Shown here one piece after another: positions 15,201 through 27,920 of a stretch of DNA of 64,000 nucleotides. The stretch is from Octopus vulgaris. Lineage: Eukaryota. The notes beneath the pieces were generated by a model. The model had not been told where the DNA came from. It was given only the letters and a program-made list of their open reading frames with translations, and did no database searches. The translations under genes and the position numbers were made by a program. Positions within the stretch are counted from its first letter, which is position 1; each line of letters opens with the position of its first letter. The stretch lies in contig OX597821.1 of assembly GCA_951406725.2 (NCBI GenBank), positions 39,432,001-39,496,000 of the forward strand, given 5' to 3'.

Positions 15201-17296
15201 ATATATGTTACAAATCTGAATAAAAACAGTGAAGCGAGCATGAGAGCTGTGGGTGGTTGGTCACCAGAAGGCAAACTGAGAGGTGATTGACCAGTGTTTG
15301 AGCTGTATCTCTGACCATGGTACTTAAGTTGAAATGGCTAAATCTACTTAAATGTAAGCAGATACATCAGTGACATCAATAAAACTGACTTATATTTTGT
15401 TAACTTGCATTACCAAGTTCACTGCCCTCCAGTTTTATAGCTAGTTGTACCTAATACTTCCAGCCATTACTTAAACGATCATCAAACTAATTGATGTATA
15501 CCCCTGATCACAAAAAGTGGAAAGACTTGTTCAATGGTCTGACAACACAATCTATCACTAGATATTGGTGTTGATGATAGCAGAACTGTAGAAAATGTTC
15601 AAAAAATGTTGACAACCTGAGGAACAAGAAAGAGATATTGTTAATTTACTCTTTTTCCTTGTGACAAAATAATTTATTCTAGTTTATGAAATATTTGTAA
15701 TTAATATTTGCTATCAGTCATTTTCTCAGATTCTTCTTCATTAATTATAGAGGATGTAGTCAAAGTGAACTGACTGAGGCAGCAAAATATCGGAAGGCCA
15801 ACATTACAATGAATAATTTAAATCTGCTGCAAGTGTTTGGTTGTGTTTCTGGTAAGATAACTTAAGTGTAAACTTTTTCAGGAGACCATATTCTTGGAAT
15901 AAATACCAGGTATTACTTTTTTATTAGAAAGCTACTGGCATCAGACAACCTTAAATTCGGAAAGAGATTTCTTTCTCATCTATGTGACATTAGGGAAGGC
16001 AATGTTAGGCATTTTGATTATGATTCCTTGTTTTGTGGCAAGATTAACCAGAACATTTTGAGTTCAAATGTATAAAGAAAGAATAAATAGTTGCCAATAG
16101 AAATTAGAATATTAGAAAACTGAATTAAGATTATTTCTTGAAGGATATTGATATTTTTATTCACACGCCGAGAAGAATAAGAAGATGGTAGTGGAAGCAA
16201 ATATGTTACTATCAAAAGTAACAGATAGCTAGTATTCATAAATTTATTATAAGATCCTCAGAATAATATTGAATGTCAGACAGCATTTGAAGAGATATAA
16301 ACTAAAATGTTTAAAAAATCCAAATAGAAAAATATTGGCAACTAATGCAAGAATTATTTAATGACTGGAAGCTTTTGTTTTTTTGTTTGTTTTCTTTTTT
16401 ACTAAACATAGATGACAATGGTTGTTTTTATAAGATTATTTATTGCTGGATATAATAAAGAGATTATGGATGCCTAAGTGTAGCAGAGTTGTAAATCTTG
16501 TATTTACCTGATTTCTGTTGCAAGATACTGTTGCATAAAAATTATCTCTAATACACTGAAGAGTTCATGAGAATCTGTGCTCAGCTCTGGTTGTATAGCA
16601 TTAAGAATGTGTGAGATGAGTAACCTCAAGAAATATTCAAAGAAGATATGGTATTAACACTCTAAATAAGCAGGTGAACTTGTGGAATATAGTCTACTTA
16701 AAGACACTTTGAAATATTAGTGAATCTATAAGATGGTAGTCCAGCTCTAATTCTTTTAACCACTTCCCTTTGACTGTGTACTGAGAGGAGATGTTGGCAT
16801 ATATCCCTGCATTGTCATATCAAGTGACTAATTGGTGTAGATGACAGGAAGAGCATCCAGCTGTAAAATACCGCCTCAGAAAAACTGACCAATCCAAGCC
16901 TGGGAAATGCTAATGGAAAATGATGCTGATGATGATGATGATGGTTTGTACTGAGATGAAGGAATTTAGTTATTAATTAAATTACTGATAGTAATTAACA
17001 ACTTACTTGTTTAGAAATTAGAACTGTAATTATTTTTGTTAAATATCAGCTAATGCCACAAGTATTAGTCAGAAGTGAATTGTGTTTGTGTAGATTCACA
17101 AAAATCTGTTGTGACTGATTAAAAGTTCTTCAACAATTGGAGATTGAAAACTAAAATGTTCTCAAACTGCAGGAGACTCTGAATGGCTTGGTGTTGCAGT
17201 TGTTAATGGCATTGAAATGCTGTATCAGTAATGATGGTTCTGAGTTTAACCAAAGTATCAGGGTATGTATAGAGGAATAGACCACATGGATAGAGT

Positions 17297-17677
17297 ATCA
17301 TCATCATTGTTCGACTGTGGTCAAAACAATGGAATTTACTATGTTACGCCAGACTTCACGGTCCATCATAGCATTACGGAGGTCCTATTGCTGGATGCCT
17401 GTATTCCTGGAGATTACATCAGGGTAGGAGAGTGTGCGCCCTCTGGTATCGCGAGCAGATGGCTTCCAGAGGAGAGGAGTAGAAATTACCTCGTTTTCAG
17501 CTCTACAACAATGTCCAGCAAACTGGACTCTTCTACCTTTTACAAGAGATGATACAGGTGATAATTTCCCATATATTTGTACTTTGGTTGGATGACGTTT
17601 CCACGAGAGATTTTGAGCTCTCACAAGGAGGCGAGTATAAGTTCCATCCAGCTGCCTCTCAAGCTTCTTTGATAGAG
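17297..17677 (-). mobile_element. C-terminal remnant of an RTE-superfamily LINE (RTE/RTEX/Proto2-like)
   Basis: Peptide RRVQFAGHCCRAENEVISTPLLWKP..RGRTLSYPDVISRNTG followed by a (GAT)n tail. Confidence 0.7.
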
Positions 17678-17901
17678 TATAGGGTTAGGGTAAATGAAAC
17701 ATTCACCACATAGGTACCCAATATCCTCATCATCATCATCTTACATCCACTTTCCATGCACGAAAGGTTTGAGTAGGCCTTCACAGGTTGAACCTCATCT
17801 CTCTTAGATGGATCAGAGAACCATGTCTTGCTTGTACATGTTTAGATTGTTTTCGATGGCTGGATCCCCTTCCTAACTTTAACTTTACAAAATGTCCTGG
17901 A

Positions 17902-18987
17902 CAGTGGTGGTTCATGTATAGGCACTGTGGAACTACAGCACCCCCTATTTCCACTTGATATTATCGATAACATTCAATATAACGAGTCCTTTTTTCTTTA
18001 ATTCTTTCTCTATACTTGTACATTATATAATCCTTAAGCTTAATGTCTGTAGCCATCCCCTAATTAATGAAAAAATACAAAAATCCTTGTATAGAACTGT
18101 GTGCTTCACAGTTCCAGCATCACTGTGACTGTTGTGTGCATGCTCATATGTCTGAGATAGGAAGCTGCACGCTAGGGAGAGAGAGCACTGTGGTTTGCAT
18201 AATGCCAACCCTGGTGTGATGGTGAATGGTAATGTTTCTTTCTGACTGCGCGTCTGTTGTGCTTCAAAACATGTTTATAGTCTTGAATGTTATAAAGTGT
18301 AGAATTATATTATTATCGTGCTTCCAACTACAGTGTTCCTGCCAGGATTTGAAAAATAGAGTAGATTTTCCCCTTATTTTGTGAATTGGGGGGGGGGGGC
18401 GATTTTTGAAAAACAAGTGAATGAATTAAACACACTACCCTGCAGTGGCTAAAACGCAAACTGATCAAGTTTTATGGAGAAATTTTCTTTTTAAATGTTT
18501 GTTTCCTTTTACACAGCGTAGGAGTGGCTGTGTGGTAAGTAGCTTGCTTATGAACCACATGGTTCTGGGTTCAGTCCCACTGCATGGCACCTTGGACAAG
18601 TGTCTTCTACTATAGCCTTGAGCTGACCAAAGCCTTGTGATTGGATTTGGTAGACGGAAACTGAAAGAAGCCCAGCGCATATATGTATATATATATGTGT
18701 GTGTATATGTTTGTGTGTCTGTGTTTGTCCCCCTCCCCCCAACATTGCTTGACAACTGATGCTGGTGTGTTTACGTCCCCGTAACTTAGCAGTTCAGCGA
18801 AAGAGACCAATAGATTAAGTACTAGGCTTACAAGGAATAAGTCCTGGGGTTTATTTGCTCGACTAAAGGCAGTGCTCCAGCATGGCTGCAGTCAAATGAC
18901 TGAAACAAGTAAAAGAGTAACATTAAAACAAAAGCTAAAAATTTTCTGAAGCAGCACCCCCACCAATTTTATCTATGAGCCCCACTG
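17902..18987. mobile_element. hAT-like non-autonomous DNA transposon containing a SINE
   Basis: TIRs cagtggtggttcat / atgagccccactg; 8-bp TSD gtcctgga (17894..17901) / gacctgga (18988..18995), 7/8 match. Confidence 0.65.
18516..18920 (+). mobile_element. tRNA-derived SINE family A
   Basis: Full head-to-tail match with the other copies. Confidence 0.9.
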
Positions 18988-19920
18988 GACCTGGATGAAT
19001 TTTATTCGGGCTGAAGTACTAAAGAATTGATTGTGTCCATGACAAGACCAAAAGGTCCTATTGACCTGATGTAGTCCCTGTTTTTTGCCACCCACTTCAA
19101 AGTGAATACATTTAAATATGGCACCAGCATTAGGGAGATTGTGTTCTATCTTGGAACCCTTACTTGTCTATGGTGAAACTGGTTGCACGAGGCAATGTAA
19201 GCACCAAGATGATTAGAAAAGCAAACAATGACAGAAGAAAAACTAAGAGCGGATGAAGGGTGTAAGGGCATGTTGGTAGAGATAATGATTAGTGGAGGAG
19301 TGGGGAAAGTGGAGGATGGTGATAGAGTGAAGGAGGGAGGAAGAGAGAGAGAGAGGAATGGTTAATAATAGAGGGGTTAGACAATAATAAGGAGCAGTGA
19401 TGAATGTTAATAAGTGGACTGAGGGGAGGAGAGCTATATGAAAGTTAAAAATAATGATTTAGAAATGTAAGGCTATCAATAAGTCATTTCATGAATCGAG
19501 TTAGATAATTATTTTCTTGTCATATCGGAAACAATTAATGGACACTTTTCATTATGAAACTAATTATGAAATTAATCAGATACAGCTGGGAGGTAACATT
19601 GCATTTTGTAAAGATAATCAGATGTAGTATTTTTACGATGGCTGCATATTGGCCCCTTAATGTGGTATATCAAAGTCAAATGTCTGAAAAGTTATTTTTT
19701 TAGTGTGACATAACTTCAGACTGCAACATGGAACTGTTTTGGTAGAAATGTCTTCTGCTGAATAAGTTGCACAAAAATTATTTATGTTGCAAAAAATTAA
19801 TATTGGTTTCAAATTTTGACAGTTTTGTGGGGAGGGGGTAAGCCAATTACTTTGAACCCCCAAGTGTTTAACTGATACTTATTCTGTTGACCCTGAAAGG
19901 ATAAAAGAGAATTTATCCTT

Positions 19921-20328
19921 GGTGCAGGAGTGGCTGTGTGGTAAGTAGCTTGCTTACCAACCACATGGTTTCAGGTTCAGTCCCACTGCGTGGCACCTTG
20001 GGCAAGTGTCTTCTACTATAGCCTCGGGCCGACCAAAGCCTTGTGAGTGGATTTGGTAGACAGAAACTGAAAGAAGCCCGTCGTATATATGTATATATAT
20101 ATATATATGTGCGTGAGTGTTTTTGTGTCTGTGTTTGTCCCCCTAGCATTGCTTGACAACTGATGCTGGCGTGTTTATGTTCCCATAACTTAGCAGTTCG
20201 GCAAAAGAGACCGATGGAATAAGTACTGGGCTTACAAAGAATAAGTCCTGGGGTCGAGTTGCTCGATTAGAGGTGGTGCTCCAGCATGGCCGCAGTCAAA
20301 TGACTGAAACAAGTAAAAGAGTAAAGAG
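19921..20328 (+). mobile_element. tRNA-derived SINE family A inserted in an older minus-strand Meta-type SINE (~19801..20416)
   Basis: Full copy; the flanks rejoin into the Meta-SINE consensus. Confidence 0.88.
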
Positions 20329-20822
20329 GTGCAATTTGAACCCAGAAGGTAAAGATGGACAAAATGCTGCTAAGCATTTTGCCTGGCATGCCAATAATTC
20401 AGCCAGCTTGCCACCATCTTTGCAAGAATTAATATTGGAAACAAACATCATGTTTGGCATCACAAGGACAAGTTGACAAAAGAGCATCTGGGGGTTAGTT
20501 GGGGAGGAAGTAGAAGGGTAATAATAATTGGATACAAACAGGTATTTGATCAACCCCAGCTTTGTCACCTGAATAAGGGTGTATATAATGTTGAAAGCTC
20601 TGAGACACTTAATGACCAAAAGACATGTCACTGATGACATGTGAAAGGTTGTTATGTAGGAAAATGTCTCATTAAATGGAGAAACAGATGATGTCCTCTG
20701 GTTGCATCAGCAATAATCCTTAACTATTATTCATAACAATGGAACACTGACAATGCTTTTGACTAAGCACAATTTGCTTTCAATAATCACTTACCATTAA
20801 ATACTTAGACAACAATTCTCAA

Positions 20823-21021
20823 AGGTGGTGAGCTGGTAGAGTGGTTAGTACACCAGGCAAAATGCTTAGCAGAATTTCATCAAGCTACATATTCTGAGAT
20901 CAAATACTGCCAAGGTTGACTCTTTGTTTTGGGGTAGATAAAATAAGTATTAGCTGAGCAATGGGGTTGATGTAATTGAATCAGCCCCTTTGCCAAAATA
21001 GCTGTCCTTGTGCCAACATTT
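20823..21021 (+). mobile_element. Decayed Meta-type SINE
   Basis: ggtggtgagctggtagag...aaatgcttag...ttctgagatcaaat...cttgtgccaacattt. Confidence 0.65.
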
Positions 21022-21601
21022 AGTAAAATCTAGTTATGAAATATTAAAGATATTTATTCTGTCATCTTGAGAAAGTTGAAATAAAAGTCAATGTATTTCT
21101 CTTTGGAAATTAGAAGATAAAATAAAACTAGGTGAGTAGAGCTTCTGAGAGAAACAGTGCAAAATGGAACAAGACTTGTTTTGGATTCCAAGATAAGGAA
21201 AGGGGAAATGTTAAAATTCAAACAGGCTGTATTTTGGGCTTTGTTTTAAAGAAATGGGTCTGTCTGATGTTCATAAATTCCTCCTTTGCTTTCCAAGACC
21301 TCCAGACTGATGGATCTGCTTTTATATGGCTTTGCTGTAAGGCTTTTAGCTTAACATTCTACTAATGTTATTAACTTACTTAGAAATATTAAATTTCTAA
21401 ATATCTCAGAGAGATATGACCGGTGGTGGAATGATAGAGTGGTTGTATACTGTCAACTTAATGTGACAGTCCCGTAAAGGGAATCACACCACCGCTATTT
21501 AGCCCTAGGAAGCATCGACTCTTCCTGTCGGCTTTGACACATTTCCTGTGTCCTTATATTTGTGAAGGGGAGACAAGCACCCCCAACAGCTAGGCCTGCA
21601 T

Positions 21602-21641
21602 CCAGAGACATGTTTCTGAGTCTTGCTCGTCATTAGTCTAG
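21602..21641 (-). ncRNA. Degenerate Penelope-type hammerhead motif
   Basis: Minus strand CUAGA-CUAAUGA-CGAG-CAAGA-CUCA-GAAAC-AU-GUC-UCUGG; stem I CUAGA/UCUGG; G5->A core change. Confidence 0.55.
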
Positions 21642-22492
21642 GGTAGCATGGCCTGATATTAACTTACTAATTTACTATTAACTACTAATTTACCATCAAC
21701 TCATTGGTAGTAAGTTAATTTTATCAACTTAGTACCAGTAATTGCAGTAGTGTTCAAAATTTGATTGACAAATGGTTGTTCATATATTTTTAGTTTTAGA
21801 TTATTCTAAAATGTCAAACACTCTTAAGTAGAACAGCAACCGTATCTATACTTTATGAGTTAACTGAAAACTGATAAATGTTTTATTTAGTCATTATGTA
21901 ATGTTTGGTGTTTATGGTTGATTATTTGTAGGTACTAGTGCTTAAATTTTGTTTCTTGAGATTAAATGAATATTTCTGTGAATTAGGTCCCTTACTATCC
22001 CATATGACATTTACATGTAACCTGATATGGATTCCTAACAGTTAAGCGCATAGATGCCGCTCAAATACTGACCAAATACACAAAGAAACACATGTGGTGG
22101 ATTTTAATGCAAGCAACATGGATGGCTAACATTTTAGTATTTTTAAGCATTTTGCATCTGGTCCTGGAGTTATTTACTTGAGCAACCCACCACACAGAAG
22201 ATGAAGTGGAAAGTACAACATACATATCTTTCTTGTGTATAAGGGAGAGCCAATGAAAACAGTGGGAGTTGGGGATCGAAATCTAGTCTAAGTTTCTGTA
22301 AATAATCAGAGAAGAAAGGACATTTAGCACCAAAGCACAAACTACATTCCTCTCCTAAAAATTCATGCAATTGGTGATCATAATGAGGTTGGTGTTTATA
22401 GGAGAAAAAGTGTCCAGAAGGAGAAGTCCAGATGGCTCAGATCTGAGGTAAACCACAGAGTAAATACTGGGTGGCAGGCAGTCAGTCAGTTA

Positions 22493-23650
22493 TGAGGATA
22501 GTGGTATCAAAAGGGTTAAGGCGGCGAGCTGGCAGAAATGTAATGCGCCGGGTGAAATGCTTAGTGGTATTTCATCTGCCGTGACGTTCTGAGTTCAAAT
22601 TATGCCGAGGTTGACTTTGCCTTTCATCCTTTCGGGGGTCAATAAATTAAGTACCAGTTACACACTGGGGTTGATATAATCGACTTAATCCGTTTGTCTG
22701 TCCTTGCTTGTCCTCTCTGTTTAGTCCCTTGTGGGTAGTAAAGAAATAGGTATCAAAAGGGTTACGAACTAGTTATGTTTATTAAAATATAACTTATTTA
22801 CCTAAGTTTTAAAATCATCTCCTTTGAAATAGTCAACTTGCACAGCAATACACTGGTTCCAGAGTATTGCCTGCCACTTTTGGAATCTAGCCTGGAAGTC
22901 ATTTTATGTAAGCAAGCCAAGGACCTTCTGCGATCCATTCTGGATCTCAACAACAGTGTTAAAACAACAACCTTTAAGCTGAGTTGCATTTTTATCTTGG
23001 GGATAAGCTGGAAGTCTACAGGTGCTAAATCTGGTGAATCGGTTGGGTGCAGAAACAATAGCAATGTTTTTGGTGAGAAACTCATGAATGAAGAATGCTC
23101 GGTCACAGGGTGCATTGTTGTCATGAAGAGGCAATTCTTCTTGCTTCACAGATCTGATCGCTTTCACAAAATTCCTTCCCTCAAATGCTTCAAAATGTTG
23201 CAGAAGAACTCTTGATTGATGGTCTGGCCCTGAAGAATGAATTCTTGCTGCCCAATACCACATTTCTGATGTTGCCACTCCTGGCAGGTCCATCAGATCG
23301 TTCATTGTCTTCCAGGGACATTCTTCCACTTTTGAAGCACCCGTGCCACTCAAAACATTGTGTGCAACCCATAGCCTCGTTGCTGCATGCTTGCTGAAGC
23401 ATAATAAGTGTCTCCCTAGCTGATTTTCCTAGTTTAATTCAAAATTTCACTTTGGTTCTTTGTTCCTCTCCATGACAAAATCACAGACTACAGCATATAT
23501 GTGATGACATAAACACAAATTTCACAACTTGTGAAGTAAACACAGGCTGTCACTCAACATACTGCCTCATGAAGGTCACTGCTTGCTTTCACCGCGTACA
23601 CAACCATGTGCTGCCATCAGTTGGCATGCTATAAAACTAGTCTGGGAAAA
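22493..23650 (-). pseudogene. Mariner transposase pseudogene, internally deleted and frameshifted
   Basis: N-terminal EWHGCFKSGRMSLEDNERSDGP, LHDNNAP and DSPDLAPVDFQLIPKIK (YSPDLAP motif); degenerate TIR cores gaactagtt / aactagtct. Confidence 0.85.
22519..22748 (+). mobile_element. Young Meta-type SINE with 16-bp TSD
   Basis: TSD ggtatcaaaagggtta at 22503..22518 and 22749..22764; inserted in the probable mariner TIR. Confidence 0.9.
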
Positions 23651-23915
23651 TTATTTACATTTGACTGATATTTGTCCTCATCTCGTTTGTTGTTAACACA
23701 TTTCAGCTGATATACCCTTCAGCCTTCATCAGGTGACTTGGGGAAGTTTTGAACTTGGGTTCTCATTCCTAAGGTATTTTTCAACGTTATTATTATCATT
23801 ATTATTATTATTATTCAGGTCACTGCCTGGAATCGAACTCAGAATCTTGGGTTTAGTAACCTGTGCTCTTAACCACTACACCATGAGGACAAATATCCAT
23901 CAAATGTAAATAATT
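23649..23915 (-). mobile_element. tRNA-headed SINE-like element with Penelope-type hammerhead and inverted terminal duplication
   Basis: Head tggtgtagtggttaagagc...gagttcgattccagg (23883..23821); (AAT)n; CUGAUGA-AGGCUGA..UCAGCU-GAAA at 23732..23701; 33-bp inverted repeat 23649..23681 / 23883..23915. Confidence 0.7.
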
Positions 23916-23971
23916 CCTCTTCTCTTAAATATGGAACTGTAGTCTGGTAACAATTCGACACCACCGCACAA

Positions 23972-24262
23972 GTGTTCCAGCTAATCTGATCAACAGAAAA
24001 GTCTGCTTGTGAAACGAATGTGCAAGTGGCTGAGTACTCCACAGACATGTTTACTCTTAACATAATTCTCAGGGAGATTCAGTGTGATACAGACTGTGAC
24101 AAAGACGACCCTTTGAATTACAGGTACCACTCATTTTTGCCAGCTGACTGGGCTGGAGCAACATGAAATAAAGCTTCTCATTTAAGGACACTGCTGGGAA
24201 TTGAACTCATGGGTTTAGGATTGTGATCCAAATACCCAAACCACTAAGCCATGCTCCTTCAC
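23972..24262 (-). mobile_element. tRNA-derived SINE family C
   Basis: Head gtgaaggagcatggcttagtgg...gagttcaattccc; body shared with 58443..58721. Confidence 0.75.
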
Positions 24263-24306
24263 AGTAGAAGATGACGCGATATGAAAGATGGAGAGAGGGG
24301 TGAGCT

Positions 24307-24341
<35 letters not shown>

Positions 24342-24347
24342 TACTAC

Positions 24348-24758
24348 TCTCTCTTTTACTGGTTTCAGTCATTTGACTGCGGCCATGCTGGAGCACCGCC
24401 TTTAGTCGAGCAAATCGACCCCAGGACTTATTCTTTGTAAGCCTAGTACTTATTCTATCGGTCTCTTAAGCCGAACTGTTAAGTTACGGGGACGTAAACA
24501 CACCAGCATCGGTTGTCAAGAGATGCTGGGTGACAAACAGACACACAAACATATATACACACACACACATATATATATATATACATTTATATATATACGA
24601 CGAGCTTCTTTCAGTTTCAGTCTATCAAATCCACCCACAAGGCTTTGGTCGTCCCGAGGCTATAGTAGAAGACACTTGCCCAAGGCACCATGCAATGGGA
24701 CTGAACCCGGAACCATGTGGTCGGTAAGCAAGCTACTTACCACACAGCTACTCCTGCG
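24348..24758 (-). mobile_element. tRNA-derived SINE family A with 9-bp TSD
   Basis: TSD aaatactac at 24339..24347 and 24760..24768. Confidence 0.9.
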
Positions 24759-25246
24759 AAAATACTACATGTACATAGATACTACAAGGTAGAATACTTG
24801 AAACTACAAAGTAAAGAAGTATATTTATGATTTGGATATAAACTGAAATGTTAATATATTATTCATAGTTTTCAAAGTTGTTTGATTTAATGAAAACTTT
24901 AAATGTGCATTTATGGCTATTTAATTATGTATATTTACATCTTAGCATGTCTCCCAAAATATCAGGTTTAAAAAAAAAAAGAGACTATTATAAAAAATAT
25001 GAAGTAAATATCTTATACGACGTAAATATAACAGAGTTAACACCAAGACATATGAGAAGAACAATTTTAGTTCTTAAATATATTCAGTTATTTCCAAAAA
25101 TTTAGAAAAGTATTATAGTTGATTATTAATGCATATTTTTTGACCAAATTCTAACTGAAATTTAATCAACTTGTCTTTACAGTTTGAGATTTATGTATGT
25201 CACATATTGCTAGAAGGTGATTTATTATCTACAGAATGTATTTGAA

Positions 25247-25284
<38 letters not shown>

Positions 25285-26287
25285 TGTTGCTGCTGGTTGG
25301 CTGGTTGTAGTGGTAAAGATTTTAACCTCCATTCAACCCTGGTCAACCACGATCAAAGATGTTTTAGCTCTCGCCTTCTCAACCATGATGTAATTTCAAC
25401 TACCTCATACAATGTGGTTTTAGCTTTATCTGAGAGGTTCAGTTGTGGCCTGAATGACTTGCTATACAATTGTAGATGTATTCTGTCATCTAGTCTTCTC
25501 TTCTCTTGCATAGACTAGTAGAGCAATTCTTAGAATTAAAATAAATCAACCAGAGTTCAGTTTGAGTTGACAGAAGAGAAAAAGATCTTATTTTTGAAAT
25601 GTTTGAAGTGTTTTCTTAGTTTGTTCAACTTTGTTTCTAATGAAATCTGAAAACCGACTGCTTAGCTACCTCTAATAAAAAAAAAACCCCAACTATTCCT
25701 CAGATCCTAGTCATCATCATCATCAGTTGGATTATTTTAAAGGATTTAATGGATCCCAGGACTGCATCATGACTAATGTCTACTTCTGCATGGTTTCTAT
25801 GGCCTGATATTCTTCCACTTTACAGAGTGTACTGTTGGGGTTTTTTTCCCCCTTTTCTCTCTTTTCTTAAGTGGTTTGGCACCAGCTGTTGTGAGGCCAC
25901 CAAGAAACTTGCAGACTAAGGTCTCCTTTGATTAGGATGGGGACACAGTGGAGTGGGAGGTGGTTTTATGCTAGAAGATGTAAAGGTAATGAAAGAAGGG
26001 AAGAGAACTGATCAGGTGTCATGATGTAAAAGAGCAACGTGACAACTCCCATTTCCGGAGAGTGGGTGGATGTATTCAAGGTGGTTGCTTTCAGTAATAT
26101 CTGAAAACCCAAATATTTTGAAATAAAAACTAAAACCATTTCATAGTAGAAGAATCATAAGAATTCTTCCACATTAACTCATTTTATATTCACTTTTATT
26201 TTATTTTGTGATGGAAGTGTTTCAGTGACCAGGTTACACACATCTTGGTAAATCTCTTGAACAATTCATAAACTTTTTATTGTATTC

Positions 26288-26494
26288 TGACCGTTTAGCA
26301 TTAAGATTACTTTACCAAATGTAATGCTTATTTATTCACACAGTTTTGAAATAATCAAACATTATCTCACAGCTTTGAGATTTCAATGATGTCATTGTTT
26401 ATTTCAAGAATGACATTGTAGGGCAGGTGTGAGAGGCTGGAGCTGGCCAGGTTGAACTTAAAACTGGCAGCCAGTTTAAATACTAAAGAGTTAA
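26288..26494 (-). mobile_element. piggyBac-like MITE, reverse copy
   Basis: Reverse-complement match to 7850..8074; ends ccgtttagcatt / aatactaaagag-TTAA. Confidence 0.65.
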
Positions 26495-27587
26495 AGAATC
26501 AATATTTCATTGTATCGGATAATAATATATTGTATCACAAAACAAATATAAAGGTGAGCTTGTTCGTGTGTTTGAAATGGCTATCAGGACAAGTATTTTC
26601 AATTTCATTATTACATTAAATTTGTTGAAATTTATTCCTAACTTATTTTAATTAGGGATTAAAAAACATGTTTTGCTAATCACTTTTTAAGATCAGGAGA
26701 AACTACTTCAGATTGAATGTGATAAAATTAATATTTAATATTGTTTCAAAACCAATCAATATTGGAATTGATAAACATTTATAAGATGATGAAAATGAGA
26801 TTGAGACAATAGATTAGCACCAAGATATTAGATTATATTCTTGGAAGATATATCTTCTATAAATCGTAACTCAACACTAGGGACTGTTCCAGCATAAATG
26901 AATGACTCGATAATTATCAATATCTATGTAATTTCCTTAATTACCTATAATAGAAAAAATGTAATATTTATGACACTTTGTTGAGAATAATAGTAATTAA
27001 AATGTATGAAATGCAATAAAAGAAATCAAAATTAATTCAAAGAAAAATGATATTCTTAATAGGTTGTTATTAGTAAATAAATTAGCTGATGATCTCCAAC
27101 AAATCTTTCAAATATTAAAGACTCTCCTCGTTTATTGTTGATGAAATACTTTAAACCAAATTGAATGTAATCTGGCAATTTATTTTAATCAATATAAAAT
27201 GCTTCCCACATACACAAACTCATTATAGTTTTATAAGGTTAAGGAAAATGAAATTAAACTTACAATTTCTCAATTAAAACCTCATATATTTTTTGGACAT
27301 AACAGTTGAACTAGAAATCTATTGTCATTTATCAGGGATGTGATAAGTAAACCATTTTTCTCAATTACCACCAAGTATCTACTAAAAAGAATTCCCTTGC
27401 TAAATCTGACACTATTTAACATAAGATGTCCGTCCGTAAGTAGTTCGAAACTCATGAATTATTATAGACCTATTTTTTTATTTATTATAAAATTACCGAC
27501 AATGGTTTAGAATTACAGAAAAAAGTTATCTTTAAGTGATTACTGTCAATGTTTTATTACTTCAATATAATTTGTTAATCTACAAAC

Positions 27588-27920
27588 CATCATCATCATC
27601 ATCATCATCGTTTAATGTCCGCTTTCCATGCTAGCATGGGTTGGACGATTTTGACTGAGGGCTGGCGAACCAGATGGCTGCACCAGGCTCCAATCTTGAT
27701 CTGGCAGAGTTTCTACAGCTGGATGCTCTTCCTAACGCCAACCACTCTGAGAGTGTAGTGGGTGCTTTTTACGTGCCACCGGCACGGGGGCCAGTCAGAC
27801 GGTACCAGCAATGACCTCGCTTGAATCTTTTTTACGCATGCCACTGGCACAGCTGCCAGTAAGGCGACGCTGGTAACGATCATGCTCAAATGGTGCCCTT
27901 TTACGTGCCACTGGCACGGA
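27588..27920 (-). mobile_element. RTE-type LINE 3' UTR fragment
   Basis: (CAT)n plus gtttaatgtccgctttccatgctagcatggg...gtgccaccggcac repeats. Confidence 0.85.

Noticed and set aside
17680-17692. Telomere-like GGGTTAGGG
   Set aside because: Under two units; expected by chance
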